20,000 nt of DNA. It comes from Craspedostauros australis. Taxonomy: Eukaryota. The position numbers and the translations under genes were made by a program. This document shows, one piece after another, positions 19,714 through 20,000 of the stretch (position 1 is its first letter; every line of letters starts with the position of its first letter). The notes beneath the pieces are model-generated. The model had not been told where the DNA came from. It ran no database searches and saw nothing but the letters and a program-made list of their open reading frames with translations. The stretch is taken from assembly GCA_030167865.1 (NCBI GenBank), contig JALAGF010004075.1, positions 115,029-135,028 on the forward strand, given 5' to 3'.

Positions 19714-19726
19714 GGGGGGGGGGGGG
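19714..19726 (+). repeat. G13 homopolymer
   Basis: 13 consecutive G read directly. Confidence 0.9.
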
Positions 19727-20000
19727 AAAGACGGTAATTTTGCATTTCCCATGATAAGGCAACAACAGTTTCTTCCATAATCTACAGTCCAAAAGTCAAA
19801 AACCAAACTGAAAATTTGCCATCTTTCAGCCTTCTTCCTGTCAGTTGTTTGCACAATCATCCTGATTTATGCAAAACCCAGATTCGTGGCTCCATTTTTG
19901 ACTTTTACACCCTGTCGCCTGATCGTGTGTGTTGTCCGGACATTCCTCATTGTCATGGCCAACTTGTGCTTCCTTCTACTCTCCCACTACCCACACAATG

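Noticed and set aside
1..20000. CRISPR arrays, tRNA/rRNA genes, transposase or reverse-transcriptase ORFs, prokaryotic operon structure
   Set aside because: No repeat-spacer pattern, cloverleaf or T-loop context, or DDE/RT motifs were seen. The gene content is eukaryotic, so the GTG/TTG starts in the ORF track were not accepted.

Overview
This is eukaryotic DNA, most likely from a diatom or related stramenopile. The evidence is a DUF6824 gene, a bipartite signal-plus-transit plastid presequence, long low-complexity Q/S/T-rich proteins and many microsatellites. Five apparently intron-free protein-coding genes are supported: (1) a large DUF726/TMCO4-Mil1-like alpha/beta-hydrolase (+); (2) an NPR2/NPRL2 GATOR1 subunit with an intact arginine-finger motif (+); (3) an uncharacterised class I SAM methyltransferase with HPD...PCC motifs (-); (4) a cyanobacterial-type, probably plastid-targeted TrmB tRNA m7G46 methyltransferase (+), head-to-head with gene 3; and (5) a QA-repeat DUF6824 protein (+), preceded by about 5 kb of apparently non-coding DNA. 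The ORF track's GTG/TTG starts were moved to ATGs. I saw no rRNA, tRNA, CRISPR array or transposase. I found no clear new multi-gene system. The best leads are a small 'FY..H.PE...L..KYG' helical module inserted in the DUF726 domain, the divergent methyltransferase pair, a longin domain split by about 170 aa, and the uncharacterised DUF6824 regulator. Family assignments come from motifs I recognise, not from database searches.
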